DNA of 64,000 nucleotides from an uncultured delta proteobacterium. Its GTDB lineage: Bacteria > Desulfobacterota > RBG-13-43-22. Positions 61,107 through 64,000 of this stretch are shown piece by piece. The position numbers and the translations under genes were made by a program. The notes under the pieces were generated by a model that was not told the origin of the DNA, made no database searches, and saw nothing but the letters and a program-made list of their open reading frames with translations. The stretch spans positions 608,001-672,000 of the forward strand of contig CAWBOS010000010.1 in the NCBI GenBank assembly GCA_963790475.1. Direction: 5' to 3'. How positions within the stretch are numbered: position 1 is the first letter of the stretch; each line of letters begins with the position of its first letter.

Positions 61107-62090
61107 ATGCCTTATCGCGGGATAGAAAAAGCGGCCATTTTTTTGATTTCGGTTGGCGAAGAAGCCGCTTCCGAAATCATGAAAAATCTGGATATGCATC
61201 AGGTGGGGATGATCACCTCCTACATGAACCGGTTAAAGTCGGTGAAAAAAAAGGACCTGGATGAAATAATCAGTGAAGTAAACGGAAGAATACACAGCGG
61301 GGATGTTCATGTCACCGGCGAGGATTATGTTAAAAAAATTCTAAAGAAAGGGTTGGGTGATGAGAATGCCGGCAAGATATTGGAAACGGCTGCCCAAGAG
61401 AATTCCTTGGAGAGCCTGAAATGGGTGGACCCTAAAACACTTTCTAATTTTTTGACCAGCGAACACCCCCAGACAGTGGCTTTGATCCTTTCTTTGTTGG
61501 AGGCCTCTCAGGCCGCAGAAGTCCTGGGCCTCCTCCCGGAAAAAATAAAAGACGATGTGGCTAAAAGAATCGCCGTTACCGAACAAATTCCCGAGAGTAT
61601 CTTAATTGAGCTGGAGGAGGTATTAAGAGGTCAACTGGATGTGAATAAGGGCAAAGGTCGGAAGGTAGGGGGCGTCAAAGCGGTCGCTGAAATTTTAAAC
61701 CACAGTGACCGATCGACCGAACAGGCCATTTTGGAAAAAATTGAGAAGGAAAATCCCAACCTCGCGGACTCCATCAGGAAGTTCATGTTTGTTTTTGACG
61801 ATCTGATTCAGGTTGACGATAAAGGAATTCAAGCGATCCTCAAAGAGATTCGGACCGAGGATCTCTCCCTGGCCTTAAAAACAGCTTCCAACACCCTCAA
61901 AGAAAAGATATTCAAAAACATGTCTCAGCGGGCTGCCCAGATCCTCAAGGAAGAGATGGAATTGAAGGGGCCGGTCAAAGTATCCGAAGTGGAGAAGGCC
62001 CAACAGAACATAGTCAAGATTTCCCGAAAGCTGGAAATGGAAGGAAGGATCGTCATCGCCGGACGGGGGGGGGATGAACTGATTGTTTAG
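61107..62090 (+). CDS. fliG: Flagellar motor switch protein FliG
   Basis: EHPQTVALIL, GGVKAVAEILN, MFVFDDL, NMSQRAA. Confidence 0.96.
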   Translation: MPYRGIEKAAIFLISVGEEAASEIMKNLDMHQVGMITSYMNRLKSVKKKDLDEIISEVNGRIHSGDVHVTGEDYVKKILKKGLGDENAGKILETAAQENSLESLKWVDPKTLSNFLTSEHPQTVALILSLLEASQAAEVLGLLPEKIKDDVAKRIAVTEQIPESILIELEEVLRGQLDVNKGKGRKVGGVKAVAEILNHSDRSTEQAILEKIEKENPNLADSIRKFMFVFDDLIQVDDKGIQAILKEIRTEDLSLALKTASNTLKEKIFKNMSQRAAQILKEEMELKGPVKVSEVEKAQQNIVKISRKLEMEGRIVIAGRGGDELIV

Positions 62091-62697
62091 GAATAAATTA
62101 ATTAAAAATTACCCAGTTGTTTCCTATTCCATGCCGACTTTGGAGGGTTTTCCCTTGTTAGGCGAGGCAGAGACATTAGCGGATAAGGTCGATCCAGAAG
62201 CCGTAGAGCGGGAGGCCTTTGCGAAGGGATTCGCCTCCGGAGAAAAAGCCGGGTACGAAATGGGAGAACAAAAGGCAGCGGTTTTTTTAGATCAACTGGA
62301 AAAATTATTTAAAGAGATTTATGCGTTAAAAGAAAGAAGGTTGTTGGAACTCGAGCCCCAAATGGTCTTACTTTCCATTGCCATGGCCCGGAGAATCCTA
62401 AAAAAAGAATTACAGACTACCCCTGAGATCGTTGAGCTAATGGTCAAAGAGGCTGTAAAACAAATTAGGCCAATCGGTCCCATAACAATTAAATTGAATC
62501 CTTCTCTCTATGACCGATTGGAAAAGAAAAAAATGGAATTTCAGGAAATCTTTCCGGATCTCATTTTTGAACTGGATAATGAAGCACCCCAAGGCGGGGC
62601 TGTGGTCCGCAGCCTTTCCCTGGAAATACAAACCGATCTTGATTTTCAACTTTCCAATATTGTTGAAGATCTTCGTGCGCACCTGGAAGATGTCTGA
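62083..62697 (+). CDS. fliH: Flagellar assembly protein FliH
   Basis: AxxxGxxxG repeats; lies between fliG and fliI. Confidence 0.85.
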   Translation: MFRNKLIKNYPVVSYSMPTLEGFPLLGEAETLADKVDPEAVEREAFAKGFASGEKAGYEMGEQKAAVFLDQLEKLFKEIYALKERRLLELEPQMVLLSIAMARRILKKELQTTPEIVELMVKEAVKQIRPIGPITIKLNPSLYDRLEKKKMEFQEIFPDLIFELDNEAPQGGAVVRSLSLEIQTDLDFQLSNIVEDLRAHLEDV

Positions 62698-64000
62698 TCT
62701 AACCCCTTATCTTCAAACGGTCCAGAAAATCGAACCATTTCGGGTCTTTGGTTTGTTGAAAGAAATAACCGGGATCCTAATCAAGGCTCAGGGTTTAAAG
62801 GTCAGTGTCGGCGAGGCCTGCAAAATTTATGGTGATCATGCGACACCGATGGAAGCGGAAGTCGTCGGTTTTCAAGATGGGAAGACCTTGCTGATGGCTT
62901 CCAGTGAACTCACCGGGCTAAGACCAGGGACACGAATTTTCCCTGCTGGAAAAAAGACCTCGATCCGGGTTGGGAACGACCTGATTGGCAGAATCGTTAA
63001 TAACCATGGAGAACCGATAGATGGTAAGGGACCGATCAGGGGTAGGCGGTTTCCTTTGTTTTCTTCGGCACCTCCTCCCTTGCAAAGACAAAGGATCAGC
63101 GAACCCATGGACCTGGGTATTCGGGCTATCAATGGCTTGCTGACCTGTGGCAAAGGTCAACGGATGGGGATTATGGCCGGAAGTGGTGTGGGTAAAAGCG
63201 TTTTAATGGGTATGATTGCCAAGTACACCGAAGCCGATCTCAATGTCATTGCCTTGATAGGAGAAAGAGGAAGAGAGGTTCGGGAATTCATTGAAAAAGA
63301 TCTTGGGGAAAAAGGGCTGGAGCGGTCGATTGTCGTTATTTCCACCTCCGAACAGTCGCCTCTGGCCAAAGTGCGGGCCGCCTTTACTGCTACGGCGATT
63401 GCCGAATATTTCAGAGAACAAGGGAAAAATGTCCTGTTGCTCATGGATTCCTTGACCCGGATCGCCATGGCCCAGCGGGAGATCGGTCTGGCTATTGGTG
63501 AACCCCCAACGGCTAAAGGATATACCCCCTCTGTTTTTGCCCTTCTGCCAAAACTTCTGGAAAGGGTCGGTAATGACGGCGGCAAAGGAAGTATTACCGG
63601 TTTATATACCGTCCTCGTGGAGGGGGATGATCTCACCGAACCGGTTACGGATGCAGCCCGGGCCATATTGGATGGTCACATTGTCCTATCCAGAGAGCTG
63701 GCTATGGAGAACCACTATCCAGCCATTGATATCCTTAATTCCATCAGCCGACTTATGCCCGATATCGTGGATACCCGGCAAAAAGAGTATGCCGGAAAAT
63801 TTGTGGAAACCCTGGCCCGTTATAAAAAACTGGAAGATATGATTAATCTGGGAATGTACAAGGAAGGATCGAACCCTCAGGTCGATTATTCAATACAGAT
63901 GATTGAAAAACTTAAGTCCTATCTGCGTCAAGGGATGGATGAAAAAAGGGATTTTTCCGACGGCCTTCAAGGGCTCTATTGCTTATTCGACAAATCTGAG
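62690..64000 (+). CDS. fliI: Flagellum-specific ATPase FliI (runs off the window)
   Basis: ATG at 62690; AGSGVGKS, LIGERGREV, MDSLTR, GEPPTAKGY, LDGHIVL; no stop before 64000. Confidence 0.95.
   Translation, partial: MSDLTPYLQTVQKIEPFRVFGLLKEITGILIKAQGLKVSVGEACKIYGDHATPMEAEVVGFQDGKTLLMASSELTGLRPGTRIFPAGKKTSIRVGNDLIGRIVNNHGEPIDGKGPIRGRRFPLFSSAPPPLQRQRISEPMDLGIRAINGLLTCGKGQRMGIMAGSGVGKSVLMGMIAKYTEADLNVIALIGERGREVREFIEKDLGEKGLERSIVVISTSEQSPLAKVRAAFTATAIAEYFREQGKNVLLLMDSLTRIAMAQREIGLAIGEPPTAKGYTPSVFALLPKLLERVGNDGGKGSITGLYTVLVEGDDLTEPVTDAARAILDGHIVLSRELAMENHYPAIDILNSISRLMPDIVDTRQKEYAGKFVETLARYKKLEDMINLGMYKEGSNPQVDYSIQMIEKLKSYLRQGMDEKRDFSDGLQGLYCLFDKSE

Overview
64-kb chromosomal window from a bacterium that looks like Desulfobacterota (deltaproteobacteria), judged from gene content and intergenic repeat types; this is an inference. 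(1) 1-7.7 kb: a decayed defence island. It holds remnants of a SNF2-helicase / DUF1156-methylase / DUF499-ATPase restriction-like system, interleaved with an IS, NYN, KAP-NTPase and wHTH fragments, an intact AlbA_2-HATPase gene, a DUF433/DUF5615 toxin-antitoxin pair and an AAA-DUF4143 gene. The helicase 3' end is duplicated. (2) 8-17.5 kb: an HTH / ExeA-like ATPase / TPR operon with a homopolymer frameshift, two acyl-CoA dehydrogenases, and an IS1182 carrying a nested IS1634. (3) 17.5-24.6 kb: housekeeping genes (rnc, rplM, rpsI, truA, mutL, miaA, pgsA-like, tRNA-Val). (4) 24.6-36.3 kb: an 11.7-kb element integrated at tRNA-Val(GAC), bounded by 47-bp att repeats and with no recognisable capsid or tail genes. 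It resembles a phage satellite and carries an integrase, a C4/CI-like antisense RNA with its target site, an RHH regulator, a TerS-like gene, a primase-helicase, an initiator with iterons, Xis, and trypsin-TPR and helical-REase cargo. (5) typA/ppiA behind a pseudoknotted 5' leader. (6) 39-64 kb: sigma-54 controlled motility cluster (motAB, che genes, two-component regulators, flgBC, fliEFGHI) with several pseudogenes. All protein calls come from recognising motifs by eye; no database searches were run.
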